Positions 21,354 to 29,843 of a stretch of DNA of 64,000 nucleotides are shown here, one piece after another (position 1 is the first letter of the stretch; each line of letters opens with the position of its first letter). Source of the stretch: an uncultured Gemmatimonadales bacterium (GTDB taxonomy: Bacteria; Gemmatimonadota; Gemmatimonadetes; Gemmatimonadales; Gemmatimonadaceae). Both the position numbers and the translations under genes were made by a program. The stretch spans positions 896,001 to 960,000 of the forward strand of contig CAWBZV010000003.1 in the NCBI GenBank assembly GCA_963793305.1. The letters run 5' to 3'. The notes beneath the pieces were generated by a model, which saw only the letters and a list, made by a program, of their open reading frames with translations, was not told the origin of the DNA and made no database searches.

Positions 21354-21984
21354 TACCGGCACTCGCCCTAGCGCGACTAACCAGTCGGGGCGACAGCGCG
21401 TTCTCGCGCTCCTTCGCCAGCGTGGAGTCATACGGTCTCGCGATCTCGGCCCGCGTGGCCTCGATACCAAGCTCCTTACGCGTCTCGAGCGCGAGGGGAG
21501 CATCGAGCGCCGCGCCCGTGGAATCTACACGCTGTCAGACGCCGACCTTGGTGAGCGTGAAACGCTTCTTGAGTTGGCGGCTCGCGTACCACACGGTGTG
21601 GCTTGTCTCCTCACTGCGCTCAGCTTCCACAAGCTTACGACGCAGAATCCGGCGAAAGTGTGGCTGGCTGTCGAGCGCGATGCTCGGGCACCCCGGGCTC
21701 AAGATCTCCCCCTCCGCATCATTCGCATGTCAGACCCTGCTTTTCGTGCCGGCATTGAAACCCATCGCATCAATGGCGTCCGGGTTCGTGTCTACGACGC
21801 GGCCAAGACTGTCGTCGATTGTTTCAAGTTCCGCAACAAGGTCGGTCTCAACGTCGCGATCGAAGCACTGCGGGACTATCTCCGTCGACGTGGCACAACG
21901 ACGGATGCGCTATGGCGGTACGCCCGCATTGATCGGGTGGCGAACATCATGCGGCCTTACATCGAGGCGGTGGTCGGACCATGA
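21343..21984 (+). CDS. abiEi: Type IV TA antitoxin / transcriptional regulator AbiEi
   Basis: N-terminal wHTH (IERRARGIY), CLLTALSFHKLTTQNP, AKTVVDCFKFRNKVGL. Confidence 0.93.
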   Translation: MRTFTGTRPSATNQSGRQRVLALLRQRGVIRSRDLGPRGLDTKLLTRLEREGSIERRARGIYTLSDADLGERETLLELAARVPHGVACLLTALSFHKLTTQNPAKVWLAVERDARAPRAQDLPLRIIRMSDPAFRAGIETHRINGVRVRVYDAAKTVVDCFKFRNKVGLNVAIEALRDYLRRRGTTTDALWRYARIDRVANIMRPYIEAVVGP

Positions 21985-22904
21985 CCGTCTCGAAACCGAA
22001 GAACCTGGCGGCTTCCGTGAGCCAGCGCCTGCGGAACCTGGCGAGGGCTGACGGCTCGGACTACCAGCGCATCCTGGAGCGCTACGCCGGCGAGCGGCTT
22101 CTGTATCGGCTCCAACACACGACCGGCGGTGATCGGTTCATACTGAAAGGCGCGGCCCTATGGGTGGTGTGGGAGGGTGCACCGCGCAGACCCACGCGTG
22201 ACGTGGATCTTCTCGGGCCTGGTCGTGGCACACCCGGCGCGATGCGCGAGACGTTCCGCAACGCCTGTACTGTGGATGTGGTCCCTGATGGCCTATCGTT
22301 CGACCCGGCAACCGTGGATGCTGCGGTGATCCGCGAGGATCAGGATTACGAGGGGCTGCGCATCACAATGGTCGCGCAGCTCCGGCGCGCCGTAATTCCC
22401 GTTCAAGTCGACATCGGATTTGGCGATGCGGTTACACCGGCGCCGATTGCGGCTGTGCTGCCGCCCTTGCTCGACTACCCCGCGGTAGAGATGCGCGTAT
22501 ATCCCGTGGAGACTGTGGTGGCTGAGAAGTTCGAGGCCATGGTCAAGCGCGGGCTGTCGAACACGCGCATGAAAGATTTTTATGATCTATTCATTCTTTC
22601 TGAGACTCGAGCCTTCGACGTCGCGACTCTCCGCCTGGCAATTTCGCGCACCTTCGAGAAGCGCGGCACGCCGTTGCCTGCGACTGAGCTGCCCGTTGCA
22701 CTCACCCCGGCGTTCGCAGCTGACAAGGGTTCACAGTGGCTGAGTTTTCTCGAAAAGAACGAGCTGAGGGACGTGCCCCGTGATCTTTGGTTCGTCGTCG
22801 ACAGGCTGCGCATCTTTCTTGATCCTGTCGCGACGAACGACGGCCATGCACAGAGTGTTCGAGGCTCCTGGCGACGCAGCGGTTGGGGAGGTGACGGAAC
22901 GTGA
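21981..22904 (+). CDS. abiEii: Type IV TA toxin, AbiEii nucleotidyltransferase
   Basis: FILKGA, RPTRDVD, VDIGFGD, VAEKFEAM, TRMKDFYD; ATGA-coupled to abiEi. Confidence 0.93.
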   Translation: MTVSKPKNLAASVSQRLRNLARADGSDYQRILERYAGERLLYRLQHTTGGDRFILKGAALWVVWEGAPRRPTRDVDLLGPGRGTPGAMRETFRNACTVDVVPDGLSFDPATVDAAVIREDQDYEGLRITMVAQLRRAVIPVQVDIGFGDAVTPAPIAAVLPPLLDYPAVEMRVYPVETVVAEKFEAMVKRGLSNTRMKDFYDLFILSETRAFDVATLRLAISRTFEKRGTPLPATELPVALTPAFAADKGSQWLSFLEKNELRDVPRDLWFVVDRLRIFLDPVATNDGHAQSVRGSWRRSGWGGDGT

Positions 22905-23056
22905 TCGATCAAGACGCGACTTTGGACGAAATTCGACAGGCTGGCGTCGACGCACTGTTGCGGGCGCTTGGTCCGGTCGGCATGGTGCGCTTCCTCCAGC
23001 AGTACACGCGTGGGATGTTTTCGAACCCTGGTTTGCTCATGTACGCGATGAGTTAG
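22901..23056 (+). CDS. 51-aa small protein coupled to abiEii (below the ORF-track cutoff)
   Basis: GGGGAGG SD and GTGA overlap; MIDQDATLDEIRQAGVDALLRALGPVGMVRFLQQYTRG... Confidence 0.6.
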   Translation: MIDQDATLDEIRQAGVDALLRALGPVGMVRFLQQYTRGMFSNPGLLMYAMS

Positions 23057-23133
23057 TCAGCAAAGCCGCCGGCTAGGAAAGCCCTCAAGAAAACGGAAGC
23101 TCGCTGAGCAGCGGGGTAAGCGCGTGATATGCC

Positions 23134-23168
23134 GTCAACCACTGCCTTCGCGGGGGGCAGTGCTTGAC
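23134..23168. terminator. Stem-loop downstream of the abiE operon
   Basis: GTCAAcCACTGCC...GGCAGTGcTTGAC inverted repeat; no clear U-tract. Confidence 0.4.
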
Positions 23169-23415
23169 CGTATCGAAGCGATGGCTGGCTACACCGACAA
23201 AAATGCCCGGCTAATTTGTCGAGCCTGCGACGACGAAACGCAGGCCGGTCGCGGGTTCGCGTAACAGCTGCCTCGTGCCAGCGGAGCTGGAGGGGGCCCT
23301 CGGCGATTCCGAAGCAGTCCCACGCAGGCTCGCATGTCGGGAAACTCCGGCGCCGACGCCCAGTTTCCTGCGAAAGTACGGCAAATTGTCAGTTTGTAAG
23401 TGCTTTAGCGAGAGA

Positions 23416-23459
23416 CTGTTAACCGGGAGATCGCTGGTTCAAATCCAGCCGCCCCAGTT
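23416..23459 (+). repeat. attR-like copy of the tRNA-Asn 3' half
   Basis: CTGTTAACCGGGAGATCGCTGGTTCAAATCCAGCCGCCCCAGTT, identical to 21060-21103. Confidence 0.97.
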
Positions 23460-23603
23460 GTAATTCTCGATCAGTCAGTGAGTTAAGGCGTACGCCTGAC
23501 GGCGACCGCGTGCGGAACCCAACGCCCCAATCCGACATCCACAGGGGTCATGCCCCAGCCATACCCGATCGGAGCGCGTGCGAATGGGCTCACTCAAGGC
23601 GGA

Positions 23604-23890
23604 TCATTCCTGCAACTCAATGCTCACTTGCGTTCCCGCTGAGCGAAGACCCTCGATCAGCTCGCGAAATCGCTCGACGATCGCAAGAGTCGGTTCGCCC
23701 ATCCTGGATGTGCCGAGCACAACGATGTCGTACGGAGGGCTGACGGCATTGATGTCGCCTACGGCTATGGAGTCGCGCAGAGCATTGAAATTGTGTCCGT
23801 GCGACGGCGGAGCGCCGACTGCCTCGAGGAATGCACCGTAGAAATCTTCCGCGTTTTCCAACGAGCGCCATCCAGCAGCAACGTCGGCAC
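23604..23890 (-). CDS. Barstar-family protein, frameshifted near 23850
   Basis: GTG overlapping the higA stop gives MPTLLLDGARWKT, then EDFYGAFLEAVGAPPSHGHNFNALRDSI in another frame, matching the barstar GxNxxALxD motif. Confidence 0.75.
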
Positions 23891-24192
23891 TACGCCGCGC
23901 GGCGGCGCTTAATGCGCTTGGCTTCATCTGGTGGGAGGTTCTGGCGAGCCATCTTCAGGTCGTAGTGCATCTGCAGATTCAGCCAGAACTCAGGCGTGTT
24001 GCCAAAGTACAAGGCGAGCCGCAATGCCGTGTCGGCGGTAATGCGACGGCGATTGTTGACGATCTCAGCGATCCGATTCGGAGAGATCCCGATCGCCTTG
24101 GCCAGTTGATTCTGTGACAGGCCATACTCGACCAGGAATTCTTCTTTCAGCATCTCGCCCGGTGTAACGGGCGCAAAGTCGCTCGCGCTCAT
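23890..24192 (-). CDS. higA: HigA antitoxin (Xre HTH)
   Basis: PGEMLKEEFL, ITADTALRLALYFGNTPEFWLNLQ. Confidence 0.95.
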   Translation of the reverse strand: MSASDFAPVTPGEMLKEEFLVEYGLSQNQLAKAIGISPNRIAEIVNNRRRITADTALRLALYFGNTPEFWLNLQMHYDLKMARQNLPPDEAKRIKRRRAA

Positions 24193-24203
24193 CGTGTTAC
24201 TCG

Positions 24204-24482
24204 CTAGTGATAGTCAACGATCGCTACGTCGTACGCGTCGCCGTCGAGCCACCTGAAGACCACCCGCCATTGGTCGTTGATCCGAATCGAATATAGGGAC
24301 TCCGCGGAGCCCTTGAGTTTCTCGGGCCGGTTCGATGGCGGTATGCGCAGATCATCCAGACGAGCGGCCGCGTGGATTGCCTCGAGTTTCCGTTTCGCGC
24401 GTCGCGCGATATCGCCATATGCTGTCACGATCCGGTCGTGGAAGAGCGACTCGGTTCGCTTATCGCCGAACGAGCGAATCAT
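24204..24482 (-). CDS. higB: HigB toxin (RelE/ParE family)
   Basis: MIRSFGDK, DLRIPPSNR, YSIRINDQWRVVFRW, IVDYH; toxin-first gene order. Confidence 0.95.
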   Translation of the reverse strand: MIRSFGDKRTESLFHDRIVTAYGDIARRAKRKLEAIHAAARLDDLRIPPSNRPEKLKGSAESLYSIRINDQWRVVFRWLDGDAYDVAIVDYH

Positions 24483-24486
24483 GGTA

Positions 24487-24514
24487 AATATACCGTGTCC
24501 CGGTATGCGGTCAA
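24487..24514 (-). promoter_or_regulatory. higBA promoter with operator palindrome
   Basis: TTGACC-16-TATATT-4 nt-ATG; inverted repeat ATACCG-N5-CGGTAT (24490-24506). Confidence 0.75.
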
Positions 24515-24882
24515 GCGGCTGCGTCCTCGCCAAAGGCTTCGGCCAGCAAGACACGCTGGGCTCTGGGTTTGAAACTGTGGGGACCCCAACCCTCATGCTC
24601 ATACTCCGGACATGGGAAGCGTTCGAAAACGGTCTCGGTCACGTGTCGGGAATCTGGGTGGCAGCAGAGGCTCCAGTCGTAGTTGAATGGAGCAAAGAAT
24701 GCGCAACCGCCGCATTGTTCGCCGCTCTCATACCGCTGCCGGACATCGGGTTCGGTCGGCCATCCGTCGAAGTAAAGCTCACGCGATCCAGGGCTCGACC
24801 AGGAGTCGCGGACGACAGCGTTTGTGTTGGCTAGGTCTCGCCGCATTGCGTCAAACATCTCCAGCGCCACGAGCCTCTGCAA
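24511..24882 (-). CDS. Cys-rich hypothetical protein (possibly DUF3027-like)
   Basis: QCGGCAFF...LCCHPDS...FPCPEY; start uncertain. Confidence 0.5.
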   Translation of the reverse strand: MQRLVALEMFDAMRRDLANTNAVVRDSWSSPGSRELYFDGWPTEPDVRQRYESGEQCGGCAFFAPFNYDWSLCCHPDSRHVTETVFERFPCPEYEHEGWGPHSFKPRAQRVLLAEAFGEDAAA

Positions 24883-25150
24883 CGCTCAATACCGCGCGGT
24901 GGTGTTCGCACCGCCGGATCTGACATCAGCGTTGCTCCGCGCCTTCACCAACGGCACCCCGAGCGACGAGGCTCGCGCAATCGGGCCTCAACCTGTCTGA
25001 TCGCCCGGTGCACGAACAGGCGATCGACTACGCCGGCTTCACGTAAGGCCGGATCTGAGCCGTCTACGCTGCGCCGACTCCTGAGGTAGGGGGCCGTTCG
25101 TCGAGAGACGCTGCAGCTCAGTTGTGCGTTGTCGGCGGTTGCAGCGTCCG

Positions 25151-25250
25151 GACGACGAAGCTCGGCCCGGGCGATTGGAGCGCACAATCTTTCAAGACAG
25201 AGCCCCCGCAGTCGCGCATCATGGGACCCATGCGCGAGCTCAGACGATCC
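25151..25250. repeat. Diverged ~100-bp copy of the araC/FAH divergent junction (27622-27720)
   Basis: GACGACGAAGCTCG...GCGCACrATCTTTCAAGACA...CCGCAGTCGCGCATCATGGG...CCATGCGCGAG occurs at both loci. Confidence 0.9.
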
Positions 25251-25386
25251 GATCACGCCCGCGCAGCAACGGCGTAACTTCGCCCTGATCGCAGGAGGAG
25301 CGCCCCTCGCCTCCGTAACGTGTCGCAGTGCACGGACATCGGTAGTCAGCGATCCAACCTCAATCAAGATCGGAAAGGACAATGCC

Positions 25387-25899
25387 ATGAATAATGTGAG
25401 AATGTACGCGGGATGCATTGCCGTCCTACTTTGCGGCCTTGCCTCTCACGCGTCGGCGCAGGACGCGGAACCCACATTCAACTCCAATGCCGATGACGTC
25501 ATGAAGATTCGTGGCGTAGTGGAGGAGTTCCGTCTGGACGTCATTCGCAAAGACGGATACGCCCTAACGAAGCTCGTGCTGAACCCTAATGTGCTCTTTC
25601 ATCACACGAACACCCAGGAAGAGATGGACAGCGTCCGCAAATATGACGCTCAGTTCGATGGCATTGGCTCGAGCCAGCTCGATGGATTTGCGAAGCTCCT
25701 CGCTACGTCGAAGGACAAACTCGAAGAACGATTCCGCAACATCGCGATTCACCAAGACGGTCCTCTCGGCCTGGTGACATTCAATTACGATTTTGTCATC
25801 AACGACAAGGTTCACCATTCCGGCCTCGAGGCCTGGCAGGTGTGCAAAATTGATGGGCAGTGGAAGATCCTGTCCGTTGCCTGGACAATCTATCGATAG
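25387..25899 (+). CDS. Secreted NTF2/SnoaL-like protein
   Basis: AAGGA SD, signal peptide ending ASA-Q, C-terminal KIDGQWKILSVAW. Confidence 0.8.
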   Translation: MNNVRMYAGCIAVLLCGLASHASAQDAEPTFNSNADDVMKIRGVVEEFRLDVIRKDGYALTKLVLNPNVLFHHTNTQEEMDSVRKYDAQFDGIGSSQLDGFAKLLATSKDKLEERFRNIAIHQDGPLGLVTFNYDFVINDKVHHSGLEAWQVCKIDGQWKILSVAWTIYR

Positions 25900-25906
25900 G
25901 AAGCCA

Positions 25907-26833
25907 ATGTCCGTTTTTCGGTACGTCCGTCTCGATGTTTTTACGAATCAGCCATTCACCGGCATCCAGCTGGCAGTGCTCCCCAATGCGGCGGGACTCG
26001 ACGAGCGGCGGATGCAGCAGATCGCCAGTGAAATGGCGCTCCCCGAAACCACGTTCGTGTTTCCTCCCGAAACTCCCGAGACCATCGCGCGGGTTCGCAT
26101 TTTCACTCCATCGCGAGAGCTACCGATGGCCGGGAGTCCGACGATTGGAACGGCGTTTGCGCTCGCCGGTGCGAGGCGACTGCGTGCGAGCGCTGATAAG
26201 GCCGTGTTCGGCCTTGGCATAGGACCAACGACCGTGGGACTCGAATGGGATCAGCACGCCTTGCGCTTTGCCTGGATGACCCAACCGATTCCCACATTCG
26301 GACCCATCCTCACCGACAGCGTTGCGGTTGCCGCGGCAGTCGGAGTGCAACCGGGCGACCTTGCAGGCGGAACCTTGCCGGTGCAAGTCGTGTCGTCCGG
26401 AGTTCCCTTTCTGTACGTTCCACTACGTTCGCGCGCGGCCGTCGATGCGGCATCCATCGAGCGTGGAAGGTTGTGCGCGGTACTCCGCTCCGTGGATCGC
26501 GAAGAGCTCCCGGTATTTGTATTCTCGTGCCAGCCGGCGAACGATGATGCGACGGTGTACAGTCGCATGTTCGGGCCCTGCATCGGCATTCCGGAGGATC
26601 CAGGCACCGGCGCCGCTGGCGGGCCACTGGGCGCGTATCTCCTGCGGTACAACGCCGTGTCCACCGACAACGCCTCGAGGCTGGTGAGCGTTCAGGGCGT
26701 CCGCATGGGACGGCCAAGTCGCATTCACATAGCGCTCTCAGCCCGCGGCGGAGTTCTCGAAGAAGTGCGGGTCGGCGGCGAGGCAGTGGTTGTCGGCGAA
26801 GGAACGGTCGTCGATCAGCCGGCTGCCGATTGA
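25907..26833 (+). CDS. PhzF-family isomerase/epimerase
   Basis: LDVFT, PETTF, RIFTPSRELP, YSRMF, EDPGTG, QGVRMGRPS. Confidence 0.9.
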   Translation: MSVFRYVRLDVFTNQPFTGIQLAVLPNAAGLDERRMQQIASEMALPETTFVFPPETPETIARVRIFTPSRELPMAGSPTIGTAFALAGARRLRASADKAVFGLGIGPTTVGLEWDQHALRFAWMTQPIPTFGPILTDSVAVAAAVGVQPGDLAGGTLPVQVVSSGVPFLYVPLRSRAAVDAASIERGRLCAVLRSVDREELPVFVFSCQPANDDATVYSRMFGPCIGIPEDPGTGAAGGPLGAYLLRYNAVSTDNASRLVSVQGVRMGRPSRIHIALSARGGVLEEVRVGGEAVVVGEGTVVDQPAAD

Positions 26834-27666
26834 ACGGCTGGCTTCGTCCCGCTGGCTAGACATCGCCATCGCCCAGGTGACATCCCGTAGGCATTGCGGA
26901 AGTGACGTGTGAAATGCGACTGATCCGCAAAGCCGCATTCGAGTGCAGCGTCGGCGAGCCGCGCGCCTGCGGCCATGCGCCGGCGTGCCTGCTCGAGGCG
27001 GCGCAGCATATGAAACCGATAGGGGCTGACACCGAACGCCCGGCGAAATTGCCGGGCCAGTTCCCACCGGCTCAAGTTCGCAATGCTCTCCAGCTCGGCC
27101 ATGGACATTCGTTCGCCGTTGCATGCGAGCAATGCGTCGCGCACCGCATGCAGGCTGGCCAGTCGAAGACGCACCGCTGACGGGAGACTCGAACCCGCGA
27201 GCCGCCAGAGTGCGTCGGTCAGCGCGGCAATGGCACACGTCGCTGCAACGTCATCGCTCAGGTCGTCCGCAAGCGACAGGATGGCCTCGACCGTCTGCAC
27301 AAATCGAGGGTCGTCGACGATCGGCGTGCGGACGAACGGGAGGCAGCGCCCATGGCTCGCCGCGAGAATCAGCGAAGGCGCGATATACGCGATCCCGTAT
27401 CCGAACCCGCGCTCGTCTCCGGCGCGACCATCGTGCGCCTCATCGGGATGAATCACGAACGCGCATCCGCCGATACTGTGCCGCGCCGCGCCGCGATACC
27501 TGAAGATCTGAACCCCCAGCGCGGTGGCGCCAATGGCATACGTGTCGTGCCGGTGGGATGAGAAGGCATGTCCGAAGAGCATCGCTCGCATCGTCTCAAT
27601 GCCCGGCGCGGCGCGTGTGGTGACGACGAAGCTCGACCCTGGCGATTGAAGCGCACGATCTTTCAA
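26815..27666 (-). CDS. AraC-family transcriptional regulator
   Basis: HRHDTYAIG cupin, HPDEAHDG, GFADQSHFTRHFRNAYGMSPG; TTG start after GGAGGTGA. Confidence 0.92.
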   Translation of the reverse strand: MKDRALQSPGSSFVVTTRAAPGIETMRAMLFGHAFSSHRHDTYAIGATALGVQIFRYRGAARHSIGGCAFVIHPDEAHDGRAGDERGFGYGIAYIAPSLILAASHGRCLPFVRTPIVDDPRFVQTVEAILSLADDLSDDVAATCAIAALTDALWRLAGSSLPSAVRLRLASLHAVRDALLACNGERMSMAELESIANLSRWELARQFRRAFGVSPYRFHMLRRLEQARRRMAAGARLADAALECGFADQSHFTRHFRNAYGMSPGRWRCLASGTKPAVQSAAG

Positions 27667-27699
27667 GACATCACCTCCGCAGTCGCGCATCATGGGGCC

Positions 27700-28054
27700 A
27701 TGCGCGAGATCCGCCGATTCATCCGGTTCGCCTATAATGGTAGCCCGGCGTATGGGCTCCTGACCAACAATGCCGTCGAGGAGCTGAAAGGGCCACCGTT
27801 TCAATCAGTCGAGCCAACTACGCGAGCCATCGCCGGCATGTCGAGAAAGAACAGGGGATCTTTTGTGATGGTCGCTGGTCGACCTGCACCGAGCGATAGT
27901 CCGGTGGTCTTCGCCAAGTTCCCGACCAGCCTCATCCCACGGAGATGTCGTCTTCACCGGGACGCCTGGCCAGACGCAGCGGGTGCGAAAAGGCAATGTG
28001 ATCGAGGTCGCCATTGAGCACGTCGGCACGTTACGCAATCGCGTTGCCGGCTGA
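27700..28054 (+). pseudogene. Fumarylacetoacetate-hydrolase family gene with large internal deletions
   Basis: MREIRRFIRF...YGLL, PVVFAKFPTSLIP, then out of frame GDVVFTGTPG...IEVAIEHVGTLRNRV; the catalytic core is missing. Confidence 0.8.
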
Positions 28055-28057
28055 GAC

Positions 28058-28531
28058 GTGAGTATCGAGAGCGTTCGGGCATTCCTGGCTCAACACGCGC
28101 CTGATGTGGTCGTGATTGACCTTGATCGCCCGAGTGAGACGAGCTGGCTCTCCGCAGCATTTCGGGTCGAGCCGGCGCAGATTGCCAAGTCCCTCGTCTT
28201 GCGGATCGCCGATCGACAGGACGTCATCTTGATGGCCTGCGGTGATGCCAGGGTCGACAACACCAAGGTAAAGGTTGTCTTCGGTGGCAAGGCGCGCTTC
28301 GTGGCGGCCGAGGAGGCCGCCGTTCTCACGGGTCACGTGCCTGGTGGCATGTGTCCCTTCGGGCTGATATCGTCGTTGCCGATCTATTGCGATCTGCAGT
28401 TGAAGCGCTTCAATGTCGTTGTGACCGGTGGTGGCGCGACGCACCGCGCCGTCATCATCGATCCGCTGCGCATGGCGGCAATCACTGGCGCCGAGTGGGT
28501 CGACGTGTGCGGCCAACGTGTGAGCGGATGA
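28058..28531 (+). CDS. YbaK/EbsC-family aminoacyl-tRNA deacylase
   Basis: QIAKSL, TGHVPGGMCPFG, PIYCD. Confidence 0.9.
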   Translation: MSIESVRAFLAQHAPDVVVIDLDRPSETSWLSAAFRVEPAQIAKSLVLRIADRQDVILMACGDARVDNTKVKVVFGGKARFVAAEEAAVLTGHVPGGMCPFGLISSLPIYCDLQLKRFNVVVTGGGATHRAVIIDPLRMAAITGAEWVDVCGQRVSG

Positions 28532-28544
28532 CCGAGGGAACACT

Positions 28545-28967
28545 ATGTCTGATTTCGTCACCTACCGCGGCGCGATCCTCCCCTGGCACTGCGACCACAT
28601 GGGTCACATGAACGTCATGTGGTACGTTGGAAAATTCAATGAAGCGACCTGGAATCTCTTCGCGCACATCGGGCTGACCCCGTCGTATTTCCGCGGCGAG
28701 CCGTTCGGAATAGCTGGTGTCCAGCAGAATATCAGGTATCAGCACGAGCTCATGGCCGGGGATGTCATCGAGATTCGGAGCCACCTGGTCGACGTACGTG
28801 AACGCCGTATTCAGTTCATTCATACAATGCGCAACGCCGAGACTGATCAGATCGCCGCGGTGTGCGATTTGACGACGGTGCACTTTGATCGGCGTGTGCG
28901 GAAGGCGTGCCCGTTCCCGGAAGCTGTGCGAGTGGCTGCCGAGCGACTTATTCTCTCAAACTCCTGA
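28545..28967 (+). CDS. Hot-dog fold acyl-CoA thioesterase
   Basis: WHCDHMGHMNVMWY motif. Confidence 0.9.
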   Translation: MSDFVTYRGAILPWHCDHMGHMNVMWYVGKFNEATWNLFAHIGLTPSYFRGEPFGIAGVQQNIRYQHELMAGDVIEIRSHLVDVRERRIQFIHTMRNAETDQIAAVCDLTTVHFDRRVRKACPFPEAVRVAAERLILSNS

Positions 28968-29077
28968 CCATGTTGGGGCGACCTGAGCCGTCGACGCGGG
29001 TAGCCAGAGGGTGAATACGCTGCCGTCCCCGACATCGCGCGTCGAGCCGCGTGGCACATTGAACGGCCTACCGGTGC

Positions 29078-29843
29078 TCAGTCTCCCCGGAACGCCGTCA
29101 TCGGATCAACTCTCGTGGCACGTCGGGCGGGGAGGGAGCACGCGGTCAGCGAGACCATGGTAATGATGACGATCGCGCCAACGAGGATGCTCGGGGGCAG
29201 GTCCGGGACTCCGAACAGGACCGCTTGCATCGCCCGACCGGCGCCCTGTGCGCCGATCACTCCGACCACAGTACCCGCGGCCACAAGCGAAGGTCGATCG
29301 AGAGGAATTGTTGGAGGATGTGCCGCGGCTGTGCCCCGAGCGCCATCCGCAAGCCGATCTCTCGTTGTCGCTGACTGACCGCGTAACTGACGACCCCGTA
29401 GGTGCCGATCGCCGCCAGCAGGAGCGCGACGGCGGCGAAGATACCGGCGAGTATGGCGGGCGAGCGACGCGCCACGAGACTCTCGTCGATGCGGGATTGC
29501 ATCGCTCGCAGATCATCGATCGGGAGCTGCCGGTCCAGTTGGACCACGACGTTCCGCACCATGGGCGCCATCACCGCCGCCGGAAGCGTCGAGCGGACGA
29601 CCAGGGCGAACGATCGGTTCGCCTCGAGCGCGTAGGGCACATACACCGCGCCGTAGCCGCTGCGCTCGGACAGATCGTCTTGCTTCACGCTCGTGACGAC
29701 GCCGACAATGGTGACAGCCCGCGCGGTATCGAAATAGGGGTTGTCCAGCGTCAGCCGGTGCCCCAACGGATCGGCGCCCGGCCAGTACCGCTCGGCGAAA
29801 TCCTGGTCGATGACGCAGACGGCGGGCGCGCGGTGGTTGTCCG
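29078..29843 (-). pseudogene. 3' fragment of an ABC (FtsX/ADOP-type) permease
   Basis: LAAIGTYGVVSYAVSQRQREIGLRMALGA...PARRATRVDP; 5' end replaced at about 29844; frameshift near 29280. Confidence 0.85.

Larger units (their letters stand above)
21060..23459. mobile_element. tRNA-Asn-integrated islet (attL-attR) with no intact integrase
   Basis: Identical 44-bp direct repeats (21060-21103 and 23416-23459) matching the tRNA from the anticodon loop to the 3' end; cargo is abiEi/abiEii plus a small ORF. Confidence 0.88.

Noticed and set aside
23416..23459. Second tRNA-Asn gene
   Set aside because: Only the 3' half is present, with no acceptor 5' strand or D arm; it is an att repeat.
24920..25150. 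Integron attC site or cassette array
   Set aside because: Only a vague resemblance; no paired RYYYAAC/GTTRRRY ends, no repetition and no integron integrase.
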